Origin: Minisyncoccota bacterium | GTDB taxonomy: Bacteria > Patescibacteriota > Minisyncoccia > Phycocordibacterales > SBAW01 | Assembly (NCBI GenBank): GCA_035548815.1 | Contig: DASZSF010000005.1 | Coordinates: forward strand, 182,177 to 246,176 | DNA length: 64,000 bases | Direction: 5' to 3' | In this document: positions 8,400 to 17,626 of the stretch, one piece after another | How positions within the stretch are numbered: position 1 is the first letter of the stretch | Layout of the letters: every line of letters begins with the position of its first letter | Made by a program: the position numbers and the translations under genes | Notes under the pieces: model-generated | Database searches by the model: none | Told to the model about the DNA's origin: nothing | What the model saw: the letters and a program-made list of their open reading frames with translations, nothing else

Positions 8400-10517
8400 C
8401 TAATTTCTAGCGTTGACCGGCCAAGTTTCTATCAGTAGCAACGTAGATTTATTTGGAAGTGAGCCCCAGATCTCTTCGGTCAAGAATGGCATGAACGGAT
8501 GCAAAAGCTTGAGCGAGTTTTCAAGCAAGTAGTAGAGCGTCGCGCCATATTCGGGCTTTCCTTTGCTTTCCTCCAAAATTTCTGCCGCAAAGCGGTCCCA
8601 CACGTAGTGATAGAGCTTATCTGCCGCCATGTAGATGCGATATTCTTCGATATCTTTTGTGACGTCAGCCGCGATTGCGTCGAACTCGTCTTTTAATTCA
8701 GATTTTATCTCGCCATCATGTTCTTGCGAGAGCACGAAACGCGCGATGTTCCAAATCTTATTGGCGAATTTTTTATACGCGCCAATTTTGCGCGGGTCGA
8801 GGTTTAAGTCGGTGCCTGGCGTATTGCCAACGATGAGTCCCATGCGCAGTGCGTCAGTGCCATATTCGTTCGAAATCTCAAGAGGTGAGATGACATTGCC
8901 CTTGCTCTTGCTCATCTTTTGCCCTTTTGCGTCGCGTACAAGCCCGTGCAGATAGATATCGCGGAATGGAACTTTGCCTGTGCGGTAGAGTCCGAGCATC
9001 AACATGCGCGCCACCCAGAAGAATAGGATGTCCGCGCCCGTTTCCATGACCGACGTCGGATAGAACGTTTTGAAATCATTGGAGTCTGGGTAGCCAAGCG
9101 TTGCAAATGGCCACTGGCCCGAGCTAAACCAGGTGTCGAAGGTGTCCGGGTCGCGTGTCCAACCGTCGCCCGGATCTTCAACCTGGATTTTCCACTCTTC
9201 GCTTTGCTTGCCGTGAGCGTCAGTCGAACGGCTCCATGCAGGAATTGGGATGCCCCAGACAATTTGGCGCGATATGTTCCAATCCTGAATATTTTCGAGC
9301 CAATGGAGCAATATTTTTTCGTGATTTTCGGTCAACACGCGGACGTCGCCATTCTTTACTGCCTCAATTGCTTTCTGTGCAAGCGGCTGCATCGAAATAA
9401 ACCACTGCGGCCGCACTTGCGGTTCTATTTCGCGGCCGCACTTGTAACAGACCGGGACTTCGTGGCTGTAGGTCTCGTCTATCTTTTCAACCAGACCCTT
9501 CGATTGGAGTTTTTCAACTATTTTTGCGCGGGCGTCTTTGATGTTCATGCCTTCAAACTCGCCAGCAATAGGAAGGAGCTTGCCGCGCCAATCAATCACT
9601 TGCTCGTAGGGCAAGTTGTGGCGCTTTGCGATGTCGAAGTCTATAGGGTCGTGCCACGGCGTAATCGTCATGACACCAGTACCCAACTCCATGTCGATAC
9701 TTTCGTCTTTGATGACAGTTGCAGTGATAGGGCCATTGATCCATTCAAGTTCAAATTGCTGGCCTTGGCTGTACTGCGCATAGCGTTTGTCGTCCGGATG
9801 CATGACAACGTACTTGTCGCCGAATTTTGTTTCAGGGCGGGCAGTTGCGATGGTGAACGGACCGTATTTTAAATAGTAGAATTTGTCGGTGCGGGTCTCG
9901 CGTTCAGTTTCCAAGTTGGAAAGCGACGTCTGATGTTTCGGACACCAGTTAACAATGCGCGGTGCTCGGTAGAGGAGTCCATCGTCGTTCAGTTTTTTGA
10001 ACGTGTCGTAGACGGTGTCGATAACGCGTTCATCAAGCGTAAAGACTTCGCGCGACCAGTCGCATGATGCGCCGAGCTGGCGGATTTGCCCTTCCATGAA
10101 TGATTTGTTCGAAAGGGTGAAGTCCATGATCTCTTTGTAGAGATCATCTGCCTGCATTTCAAAACGCGAACGCCCTTCTTTTTCGAGCTTCTTTTCGTAC
10201 ACCACCTGGGTTTCAAAACCTGCATGGTCGGCACCAGGCACCCACAATGTCTTCTTTCCGCGCATGCGTTCAAAACGCATCAGGATGTCTTGGACTGTCA
10301 CAAAGAGTGCGTGGCCTGCGTGGAGAGAGCCGTTCGCATTGGGCGGCGGCATGATGATGGTGAAAGGTTCCATCTCGACCTGCTTGCCCTGAGCGTCTAG
10401 TCGAAGGGGCAAATTGTCCGGGTTGAAAAAACCGCTTTCCTCCCACTTTTTGTAAATCTCGCCCTCAACGTTTTGGGGCTGGTAGGGGGTATTAAATTTG
10501 TCGGGCGCTTCGGACAT
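8400..10517 (-). CDS. valS: Valine--tRNA ligase (short form lacking C-terminal coiled coil)
   Basis: PPPNANGSLHAGHA (HIGH region), KMSKSKGN, and ValRS editing and anticodon-binding regions. ATG 10517 is preferred over the TTG at 10523. Confidence 0.85.
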   Translation of the reverse strand: MSEAPDKFNTPYQPQNVEGEIYKKWEESGFFNPDNLPLRLDAQGKQVEMEPFTIIMPPPNANGSLHAGHALFVTVQDILMRFERMRGKKTLWVPGADHAGFETQVVYEKKLEKEGRSRFEMQADDLYKEIMDFTLSNKSFMEGQIRQLGASCDWSREVFTLDERVIDTVYDTFKKLNDDGLLYRAPRIVNWCPKHQTSLSNLETERETRTDKFYYLKYGPFTIATARPETKFGDKYVVMHPDDKRYAQYSQGQQFELEWINGPITATVIKDESIDMELGTGVMTITPWHDPIDFDIAKRHNLPYEQVIDWRGKLLPIAGEFEGMNIKDARAKIVEKLQSKGLVEKIDETYSHEVPVCYKCGREIEPQVRPQWFISMQPLAQKAIEAVKNGDVRVLTENHEKILLHWLENIQDWNISRQIVWGIPIPAWSRSTDAHGKQSEEWKIQVEDPGDGWTRDPDTFDTWFSSGQWPFATLGYPDSNDFKTFYPTSVMETGADILFFWVARMLMLGLYRTGKVPFRDIYLHGLVRDAKGQKMSKSKGNVISPLEISNEYGTDALRMGLIVGNTPGTDLNLDPRKIGAYKKFANKIWNIARFVLSQEHDGEIKSELKDEFDAIAADVTKDIEEYRIYMAADKLYHYVWDRFAAEILEESKGKPEYGATLYYLLENSLKLLHPFMPFLTEEIWGSLPNKSTLLLIETWPVNARN

Positions 10518-10531
10518 TCCCAAAATATATC

Positions 10532-11605
10532 TTATTTCGGGGCCAAAATCGAGAAGCGGTTGGAGTAGGCGCGAAGGGGCTCCTTAGCAACGTCGTCTAT
10601 GCCAGAAAGCGCCCGGGCAAGTGCCGCCTCGGCTATCATGACCGCGTTGTCGCCAGTAATTGCGAGGTTGGGGAGCCGGACTTCTACATTTGGGAATTCG
10701 TCTTCCAAAAACATCACCAGCCGTTCGCGTAGATATGTATTTGCAGCAACGCCGCCGCCGATCACGAATGTTTTTGCATCAGTTTCTTCAAGTGCGCGGC
10801 GTGTCTTTGCAACGAAGATGTCACCAACGGCAGTTTCAAACTCCAATGCAAATACCATCTTTTGCTCATGACTCAAATTTTGAACTCCGCCCATGTCGCG
10901 AAGTTTGTACAAAACTGCGGTTTTTAAACCAGAGAAAGAGACATTCAAATCTTTGTTATGCAACATGGGTCGCGGCAATTCCAAGTCAGAAGTCATATTT
11001 TCAACACGAGCTTGTTCAGCGAGCTTTGAAATCTGCGGGCCGCCGGGGTATGGGAGGCCGAGCATGCGTGCGACTTTGTCGAACGCTTCGCCAACAGCAT
11101 CGTCTTGCGTCTCGCCAATAACTTCGTAGTTGAACCATTCGCGCATTAATACGTATTCTGTGTGACCTCCTGAAATTAAAAGCCCCAAAACAGGGAGTTG
11201 AACATTTTCAAGCAAACCGTCTTGCACAAGTGATGAAATCAAGTGCCCTTCCATGTGATTAGCCGCAATAAGAGGCAAGTTTTTTTCTTTCGCTAAATTT
11301 TCTGCAAATGTAATGCCAGCCCAGAGCGCAGGTTCGAGCCCAGGCCCTTGTGTGACAGCGATAGCGTCTATGGGTTCGTCGCCAACATTTTTTAGAGCCT
11401 GTTCTAAAATGATAGGTAAATTCTTTTCATGTTCGCGCTTGGCTAGGTTAGGGTAGACGCCGCCAAATTCTGCATGCAATTTCGCCTGCGAGTTAAGGGC
11501 AAAGGCGCCGAGCTCTGCGAATGCAAAACCGTTCTCCGTTTTCGTTCCAGAAACAAGAGCTACGCCTGTCTCATCGCAGGATGTTTCAATAGCCAAAATA
11601 TTCAT
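10532..11605 (-). CDS. tsaD: tRNA N6-adenosine threonylcarbamoyltransferase TsaD
   Basis: MNILAIETSCDETGVALV and Kae1/TsaD family motifs throughout. Confidence 0.9.
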   Translation of the reverse strand: MNILAIETSCDETGVALVSGTKTENGFAFAELGAFALNSQAKLHAEFGGVYPNLAKREHEKNLPIILEQALKNVGDEPIDAIAVTQGPGLEPALWAGITFAENLAKEKNLPLIAANHMEGHLISSLVQDGLLENVQLPVLGLLISGGHTEYVLMREWFNYEVIGETQDDAVGEAFDKVARMLGLPYPGGPQISKLAEQARVENMTSDLELPRPMLHNKDLNVSFSGLKTAVLYKLRDMGGVQNLSHEQKMVFALEFETAVGDIFVAKTRRALEETDAKTFVIGGGVAANTYLRERLVMFLEDEFPNVEVRLPNLAITGDNAVMIAEAALARALSGIDDVAKEPLRAYSNRFSILAPK

Positions 11606-11609
11606 CGAG

Positions 11610-11682
11610 TGCGCGATACAGGACTCGAACCTGTGACCCTCCCCACGTCAAGGGGATGCTCTACCAACTGAGCTAACCGCGC
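11610..11682 (-). tRNA. tRNA-Val (anticodon GAC)
   Basis: Reverse complement reads GCGCGGTTAGCTCAGTTGGTAGAGCATCCCCTTGACGTGGGGAGGGTCACAGGTTCGAGTCCTGTATCGCGCA. Confidence 0.85.
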
Positions 11683-11724
11683 GTAGAACCCCAAAATACA
11701 ATATTTTGGGGCCGCATTCAACTC

Positions 11725-12147
11725 CTATTGATTCATTCCGCCCGGCTGCAAAACCCCGAAGATATTCTCTTCCGGGTCGCGATAGTAGGCGAGCATGCCT
11801 ACATGTGGCACTTCCATTTTTGCAAACGCTTCAGTGGCACCAGCGGCCTTCAACTTTTCTATCGTTGCGTCGATATTTTCAACACCAATGATGCATACGA
11901 ACGCATTTACTGCGTCGGTCGGCTTCGGGAGGTCACCCACACGCGGGGTCATACCGCCGTTAATGCCGACGTCTTCCATTTTTACACCCTTCGCCATGTC
12001 ATCAGGCCCAGGGCCTGTTGCTATCATCCGGTAGCCGCCATAATCTGCGCCCGCATCTGTAATGTTCCACCCAAACACATCCTGATAAAATTTCAGCATC
12101 TTTTCCATGTCTTTGGCATGGACCTCGAAGTGTACGACTCTGTTCAT
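11725..12147 (-). CDS. VOC/glyoxalase-bleomycin-resistance family protein
   Basis: MNRVVHFEVHAKDMEKMLKFYQDVFGW... is a typical VOC fold N-terminus. Start taken at the internal ATG. Confidence 0.6.
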   Translation of the reverse strand: MNRVVHFEVHAKDMEKMLKFYQDVFGWNITDAGADYGGYRMIATGPGPDDMAKGVKMEDVGINGGMTPRVGDLPKPTDAVNAFVCIIGVENIDATIEKLKAAGATEAFAKMEVPHVGMLAYYRDPEENIFGVLQPGGMNQ

Positions 12148-12639
12148 GGCACCAGTATAGCAAAACCATATTGAAGAGTTCATGATGGGTACAGAAGCTA
12201 TTTCGTATAGTGTTCATGCAGTGCGGAAAAGAGAGAGGCACTGCGGTCGACATTACGAGAGATTAAATTCGAGGAAACTCTATGTGACAGCAATGGGTAA
12301 CCGCCGTCCTGGGGCTTGTAGCCGTGATAGTCCCGTTTTTGGCGCTATCAACGGCAGCGCTCGCATGGACGCTCGTGATTGGCGGCATCGCCATCGCGGT
12401 GCTGTCAGTGTGGACCGCTATACGAGAGCAGTCGCCAGAGTATCACCAAGAAAGCTTGCGGGAAATAAGGCAAAGCTAATAGTTAATGTATAGGCGACTT
12501 AAGCTTTTCAAATTCGAGTCCGAAAACAAAAACCGGCTCCATCTGCGGAGTCGGTTTTTGTATGGGTGGCGGCACCTTGGCATAATGCGCCAAGTGCACT
12601 TGGATTTTTATAATCGCTAACGCTCTTTAAAAATCTCGG

Positions 12640-12726
12640 CGGAGAGGGAGAGATTCGAACTCTCGATGCAGTTTCCCACATGCCTGATTTCGAGTCAGGT
12701 GCCTTCGACCACTCAGCCACCTCTCC
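12640..12726 (-). tRNA. tRNA-Ser (anticodon CGA)
   Basis: Reverse complement reads GGAGAGGTGGCTGAGTGGTCGAAGGCACCTGACTCGAAATCAGG + long variable arm + GAGAG-TTCGAAT-CTCTC. Confidence 0.85.
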
Positions 12727-12790
12727 GTGTTGCACTACAGTACCAATATTTTGCAATTTCGGCAAAAAACCTATACTATGCAGAGCACTT

Positions 12791-12862
12791 GGCCCTATCG
12801 TCTAACGGTTAGGACGCCGGCTTTTCAAGCCGTTAATCGGGGTTCGATTCCCCGTAGGGTCA
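12791..12862 (+). tRNA. tRNA-Glu (anticodon TTC)
   Basis: GGCCCTATCGTCTAACGGTTAGGACGCCGGCTTTTCAAGCCG...GGGGTTCGATTCCCCGTAGGGTCA. Similar to canonical bacterial tRNA-Glu. Confidence 0.8.
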
Positions 12863-12935
12863 CAAATTTTTGAGCTTATTTTGTAACGCCGTTTGGAGAC
12901 CCCAAAAGGGAGTTTTTTGCTATTTGGAACCACTA

Positions 12936-12964
12936 TTGACAATAATATATATTTATGATAAGAT
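12936..12964 (+). promoter_or_regulatory. Sigma70-like promoter (TTGACA-17-TAAGAT)
   Basis: Exact -35 hexamer, a 17-nt spacer and a TAnnnT -10. Sits 27 nt upstream of an AGGAGG RBS and the ATG at 12991. Confidence 0.4.
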
Positions 12965-12990
12965 GAAAACCGGCAAATTAGGAGGTCGCC

Positions 12991-13350
12991 ATGCAAATCA
13001 CATCCCAGAAGGTCGGAGAGGGTCTCAAACACCAGCTCCAGATCAGTGTCGTCTTGGGTCTCCCTGTGGAGCTCAAGGTGGTCTGTCGTTCGGCTAGCCG
13101 CAACGACACCAGCTACGAGATTTTCGACCAGCACGGCGCGTCGATGGGCAAGCGCAGCTTCACCTATGCGATGCTCAACAAGACCATGAACGGTCCGCTG
13201 GTCGACGACCTCAATGTTCTTTTGGACGAGTTCGGTATCACAATCGAGCCGTCCAAGTTCGACGAGGTGTCCGACCAGGCGATCGGTACCTGCGAGGCCC
13301 GCTACGGCTATGGCCGCGACGATGGTGACGTGGTCATCACGCTCACCTAA
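12991..13350 (+). CDS. Hypothetical protein (GC3-rich, compositionally foreign)
   Basis: 119 aa with an AGGAGG RBS 7 nt before the ATG, strong GC3 periodicity unlike neighbours, and a terminator hairpin immediately downstream. Confidence 0.5.
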   Translation: MQITSQKVGEGLKHQLQISVVLGLPVELKVVCRSASRNDTSYEIFDQHGASMGKRSFTYAMLNKTMNGPLVDDLNVLLDEFGITIEPSKFDEVSDQAIGTCEARYGYGRDDGDVVITLT

Positions 13351-13372
13351 GGCTCCGATACGCCTCAACGGG

Positions 13373-13406
13373 AACCCCAGACTTCGGTCTGGGGTTTACT
13401 GCTTTT
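13373..13406 (+). terminator. Intrinsic terminator
   Basis: AACCCCAGAC-TTCG-GTCTGGGGTT perfect 10-bp stem followed by TACTGCTTTT. Confidence 0.6.
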
Positions 13407-13493
13407 CAAGCTCCAAATTTCTTCCAAATTGCTGCCACTAATATAATTCCAAAACCAACTGGTTCCAATTAGTACGCACTTGGTTCACAAAAA

Positions 13494-14417
13494 TTAGTGG
13501 GCTTTGACCCAGTAGTAGATATCCTCGAGCGCTTTTACAGCATCGCCCGCAGCGATGTTGTTTTGATGATAGAGGCCATCTGAACAATCTCCGGCAGACC
13601 AGATGCCTTCGACGCTTGCGCGCTGGCTTTTGCCGTCTACTTTAACGCGGCCCCATTCGTCTAGTGCAACTAAATCTTTTACAAATGCCGTTGCTGCTAT
13701 CATGCCGATTTCAACGAAGATGCCTGCGACGGGGAGCTCCGTCGTCTCGCTGGTCTTGGTATTTTTGACCGTCACGCTCTTAACAAATTGTTCGCCTTTA
13801 ACTTCTGTAGGAACGGTGTCACACATTGCTTTAAAATTTGCATGAGCTTGCACGGCTTCAACGGTTGCGGCGTCGGCTTTTGAAAAGTCGCTGCTGCGGT
13901 TTAAGAGCGTGACAGATTTGCAGTAGGCCAAGAGCTGCGCAGCGCTTTCAAACCCGGCATTGCCTGCGCCAACCACCACCACATCTTGCCCGGCAAAGAG
14001 CGGGCCGTCGCACGACGCGCAATAGGTGAGGCCTTTGTTTTCAAATTGTGCGGCACCCGGCACATCGAGCTTGCGGCGCGAACCGCCAGTTGCAACAAGA
14101 ACAGCCTTTGCGGTGTGTGTATCGCTTCCAACCTGTACAGAAAAACCACCGTCGATTTTTTGAACATTCTCTGCGCGCATGCCGAGCTTCAATGTAACGA
14201 CATCTGCCGCATAGGCTTTCAAATGTCCTTCAAGAGCCTTTGCCAAATCCATGCCGGAAATCTTCTCCGTGCCTATCCAGTTCTGGATTTCAACCGAGTC
14301 GGTGCTTTGGCCGCCTATTGCTTCTGCTATGAAAAGAGTTTTGAGGCGCTTGCGTGCAGCGTACACCCCTGCAGCAACGCCTGCAGGCCCGCCACCGATG
14401 ATTATGAGATCGTGCAT
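13494..14417 (-). CDS. trxB: Thioredoxin-disulfide reductase
   Basis: GGGPAG FAD site, CASC redox-active disulfide, and VVGAGNAG NADPH site. Confidence 0.85.
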   Translation of the reverse strand: MHDLIIIGGGPAGVAAGVYAARKRLKTLFIAEAIGGQSTDSVEIQNWIGTEKISGMDLAKALEGHLKAYAADVVTLKLGMRAENVQKIDGGFSVQVGSDTHTAKAVLVATGGSRRKLDVPGAAQFENKGLTYCASCDGPLFAGQDVVVVGAGNAGFESAAQLLAYCKSVTLLNRSSDFSKADAATVEAVQAHANFKAMCDTVPTEVKGEQFVKSVTVKNTKTSETTELPVAGIFVEIGMIAATAFVKDLVALDEWGRVKVDGKSQRASVEGIWSAGDCSDGLYHQNNIAAGDAVKALEDIYYWVKAH

Positions 14418-14516
14418 AAGTTGAGACAGTGTATCACAAAAAGATCCACAAAAGTGTGCGCTCCGGGGCGCTAGCCCAAGTCTTACCCACTTTTGCAGAC
14501 CTTTTTGTTTCTAATT

Positions 14517-15731
14517 TTATTTAATTTTTGGACGGCGGAGGAAGGAAGGCACTGCACCCCATTCGTCCTCCTCGTCTTCATCTTTTTTGAGTTTCGCCTC
14601 TGGTTCCGCAGCAGGAGCTTTTCGGGGCTCCTCTTTTTCTTCTTTTACAACAACAGGCTCTTCCTTTTTAGAAGGAGTAGGAGCATTGAATATTTTGCCG
14701 ATAGGCGGAACGTCTGCCTCTTTGGTATCGCGGCTCGGGAAGGTAAAGAGCTGTGCGCCGCGCGGCATAACGCCGGTTGCGGGGAAGCCCGTTGCGATGA
14801 CCGTGACGCGGACTTCGCCCTTCTTGAGTTTGTCGTCCTTGATTGCACCGAAGATGATCTTTGCGTTCGGGTCGACTGATTCGGTGATGATCTTTGCAGC
14901 TTCGTGTACTTCAATCATGCCCAGGTCGTCCTGGCCAGCGATAGCAAAGAGTACGCCCTTTGCGCCGTTGATAGAAAGTTCAAGCAATGGCGAGGAAACT
15001 GCAGCGCGTGCTGCTGAACCTGCACGGCCTTCGCCTGATGCGATGCCGATGCCCATGAGTGCCGAGCCTGCGTTGTCCATGACGGCGCGGATGTCGGCAA
15101 AGTCGACGTTGATGATGCCTGGGTGGGTGATGAGGTCGGAAATTCCTTCAACCGCTTGTTTCAAAATGTCATCGCAGATAGCGAATGCCTGCTTGAGTGT
15201 TGTTTCTTTTGCGACGGTTGCCAAGATGCGGTCGTTCGGAATGACGATAAGCGCATCAACTTCTTTGCGGAGGTCTTCCAAACCCTGTTCAGCCAAACGC
15301 ATGCGCTGCTGGCCTTCGAATGAAAATGGTTTGGTGACAACTGCGACGGTGAGTGCGCCGAGTTCTTTTGCGGTCTTTGCAACGATAGGTGCAGCACCCG
15401 TGCCCGTGCCGCCGCCCATGCCGCATGCAACAAAGACCATGTCGCTGCCTTTTATAGACTGCTGAATTTCTTCTTTTGTTTCTTCAGCTGCGCGCTTGCC
15501 AAGTTCCGGGTTCATGCCGGCACCCAAACCTCGCGTGAGGTTCTTGCCGATATGAATCTTCTTTTTTGCGAGGGAGTGGTGGAGGTCCTGCGCATCGGTG
15601 TTTATGGCAATGAAATCGACGCCGCGCACTTTGCTCTCGAGCATGTGGTTGACTGCGTTGTTGCCTGAACCTCCAACGCCGACGACCCGGATCCGTGCGA
15701 ATGCTTCAATTTCTGGTTGTACTTGTGCCAT
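14517..15731 (-). CDS. ftsZ: Cell division protein FtsZ
   Basis: [10 protein letters not shown] and [10 protein letters not shown] tubulin signature motifs. Acidic and basic C-terminal tail. Confidence 0.95.
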   Translation of the reverse strand: MAQVQPEIEAFARIRVVGVGGSGNNAVNHMLESKVRGVDFIAINTDAQDLHHSLAKKKIHIGKNLTRGLGAGMNPELGKRAAEETKEEIQQSIKGSDMVFVACGMGGGTGTGAAPIVAKTAKELGALTVAVVTKPFSFEGQQRMRLAEQGLEDLRKEVDALIVIPNDRILATVAKETTLKQAFAICDDILKQAVEGISDLITHPGIINVDFADIRAVMDNAGSALMGIGIASGEGRAGSAARAAVSSPLLELSINGAKGVLFAIAGQDDLGMIEVHEAAKIITESVDPNAKIIFGAIKDDKLKKGEVRVTVIATGFPATGVMPRGAQLFTFPSRDTKEADVPPIGKIFNAPTPSKKEEPVVVKEEKEEPRKAPAAEPEAKLKKDEDEEDEWGAVPSFLRRPKIK

Positions 15732-15823
15732 ATCTCCCTGATTTCTTTAGTAATGTAATGCCGGAAAAGTATACCACTTCTAATGGCTATGCAAACTTTG
15801 ACAAACGCCCGTTGTATTGGGCG

Positions 15824-17002
15824 CTACGGAAGGAACTTCTTGAACCAGCGCCAGAAGGTTTGGGCGAGGTCGGAAAGGCCGGAGTCATCGCGGACTTCCA
15901 AGTCGCCGCCCGAGGTGAGGCCCCAAATAGTGAGGCCGTAGGCCACTGCCCACGAGCCGTCCTTCAACTGCATTTTGGTTGTCGTGCCTTCGGTCAGGCT
16001 TGCCGTGCGTGCAGGCAAGCGAAGTGCTGCTTTTGCGAGATCGGCAACGCTTTGAATGAGCGAGCCGCCGCCTGTGAGGATGATGCCAGCGGGCAAAAGT
16101 TCGTCTTTGCCAATCTTTTTCAAGTGCGCTTCAACAAGCTTGAGCATTTCTGATACTTTTTTGGCGATGATATCGTCTATTTTCTTTTTCGGGTATGGAG
16201 CGCCGAGCACTGCGCCTTGTTTCAATTGTTCGGCATCTTCAGGAGCGATGCGCAGCCCAAGCGCTAGGTCATTTGTGACGTTGGTTGCGCCTATTGGAAA
16301 TACTTTGAGCGAAATAGGCGTCGAATCTTCAAATACGATTATGGAAAGGGTTTCCGCGCCGATGTTTGCAAGTACGCAGCCAACACGCTTTTGCATTTTG
16401 GTGAGTGCCACAAAGCTTGCCGCCAATGGTGCCGCAACGATATCTTCGACCTCAATGCCAGCGTCTTCAACTGCAGAAACCAAATCGTTCACATGACGCT
16501 CAAGGCAGGTGATGAAGAGTGTTTCTGTGGCGATGCGCATGCCCTTCATCCCGACAGGGTTGCGGGCGAGCACTTTGACTCCGTCGACCGAAAAACGCAG
16601 AGGAATCGTGTGCAGTATCTTTTTATTTAAAATGACTGCCGGCGCAAGCGACCGTTCGCTCGCCGCAATGGCGCGCGGGATATCGCGTTCGGTAATTTCT
16701 GAATCTCCGCGCTCCACGACTGCCTCACCGCGGGAGAACGCTTCATCAAGCCCTGTGCCGCCAACGGCAACGAACGCTTTTTTAACTTTTACGTGTGCGG
16801 CTTTGGATGCTTGTGCGACAGCTGCGGCAATAGAGCGTGATACTTCCGCGCCCGAGAGTATATAGCCCTGCTTCATGCCACGGCTTTCTGCATAGCCGGT
16901 GCCCAAAATGCGCGGCGGTTGCCGCGGGTCGTCAGCGCTTTCGGCGATGACCACCTTTACATGGTACGTTCCAACATCAATGCCTGTTACGATTTTGCTC
17001 AT
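15824..17002 (-). CDS. ftsA: Cell division protein FtsA
   Basis: Actin-like ATPase fold (GIDVGTYHVKVV..., GGTGLDEAF). Lies immediately upstream of ftsZ in the conserved order. Confidence 0.85.
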   Translation of the reverse strand: MSKIVTGIDVGTYHVKVVIAESADDPRQPPRILGTGYAESRGMKQGYILSGAEVSRSIAAAVAQASKAAHVKVKKAFVAVGGTGLDEAFSRGEAVVERGDSEITERDIPRAIAASERSLAPAVILNKKILHTIPLRFSVDGVKVLARNPVGMKGMRIATETLFITCLERHVNDLVSAVEDAGIEVEDIVAAPLAASFVALTKMQKRVGCVLANIGAETLSIIVFEDSTPISLKVFPIGATNVTNDLALGLRIAPEDAEQLKQGAVLGAPYPKKKIDDIIAKKVSEMLKLVEAHLKKIGKDELLPAGIILTGGGSLIQSVADLAKAALRLPARTASLTEGTTTKMQLKDGSWAVAYGLTIWGLTSGGDLEVRDDSGLSDLAQTFWRWFKKFLP

Positions 17003-17315
17003 GCTTCACGAGCCCAAACCTGCGTAAGGTCTTCTGCTCTTCGCGTTCCATTGTAACACCATGTTTGAGGCCCTTAAGGTGAAAAAGGCCGTGGATAAAG
17101 AGGTAGCCGATACTAAAGGGCTTGGCCGCGCTCCTGCAGATGAGTATCTCGCCTGACGTTTTTGAAAGCGGGAACGAAAGCACGTTCGACACTTTGTCGT
17201 AGCCGCGGGTTTTGATAGTGACCTCGCGCATTTCCTTGGCACTCAAAAAGGCAAGGGATAAATCGTATTCCTTGCCCAGAACGGAGTCTTTTATTTGTTT
17301 GTAGGGAATGCGCAT
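16977..17315 (-). CDS. ybeY: rRNA maturation endoribonuclease YbeY
   Basis: TRGYDKVSNVLSFPL plus the metal-binding IHGLFHLKGLKHG (H3xH5xH) motif. Confidence 0.7.
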   Translation of the reverse strand: MRIPYKQIKDSVLGKEYDLSLAFLSAKEMREVTIKTRGYDKVSNVLSFPLSKTSGEILICRSAAKPFSIGYLFIHGLFHLKGLKHGVTMEREEQKTLRRFGLVKHEQNRNRH

Positions 17316-17326
17316 CCCGGGAGGGT

Positions 17327-17578
17327 TTAGCGGCGGCGGCCACGGACCGGCTTTTCCGGCATCTTGCCGAGCTTGATAAGCTCGCGCACTTCTTCACGGC
17401 GCTTCAAGACTTTAAGGGTTTGCTTTTTGCGGACTTCGCTCGATTTTACGCGGCTGTAGTAGCGGCGCTTGCGTGCACCCTGGATAAGGCCCGTGCCCTG
17501 TACGCGCTTGGAAAAGCGGCGAATCAAGTTCACTGGGTTTTCGTTATCGTTTTTGGTGACTTCTGCGTTAATTGCCAT
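17327..17578 (-). CDS. rpsU: 30S ribosomal protein S21
   Basis: Small basic protein with the S21-like pattern LIRRFSKR...RKRRYYSRVKSSEVRKKQ. Start chosen at MAINAEV. Confidence 0.6.
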   Translation of the reverse strand: MAINAEVTKNDNENPVNLIRRFSKRVQGTGLIQGARKRRYYSRVKSSEVRKKQTLKVLKRREEVRELIKLGKMPEKPVRGRRR

Positions 17579-17626
17579 GTCGAAATACCATACCACAGCA
17601 GGCCCTTTTTGCGCAAGGCGGCGGCT

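Noticed and set aside
9204-9872. 222-aa plus-strand ORF inside valS
   Set aside because: It is antisense to a well-supported aaRS gene, with no RBS and an atypical composition.
12802-13368. 188-aa minus-strand ORF covering the 12.9-13.4 kb island
   Set aside because: It is antisense to an ORF that has a consensus promoter, an AGGAGG RBS, a terminator hairpin and clean GC3 periodicity. The minus frame lacks expression signals.
14587-15465. 292-aa plus-strand ORF inside ftsZ
   Set aside because: It is antisense to ftsZ. It is Ser/Ala-rich low-complexity sequence typical of a GC-rich antisense frame.
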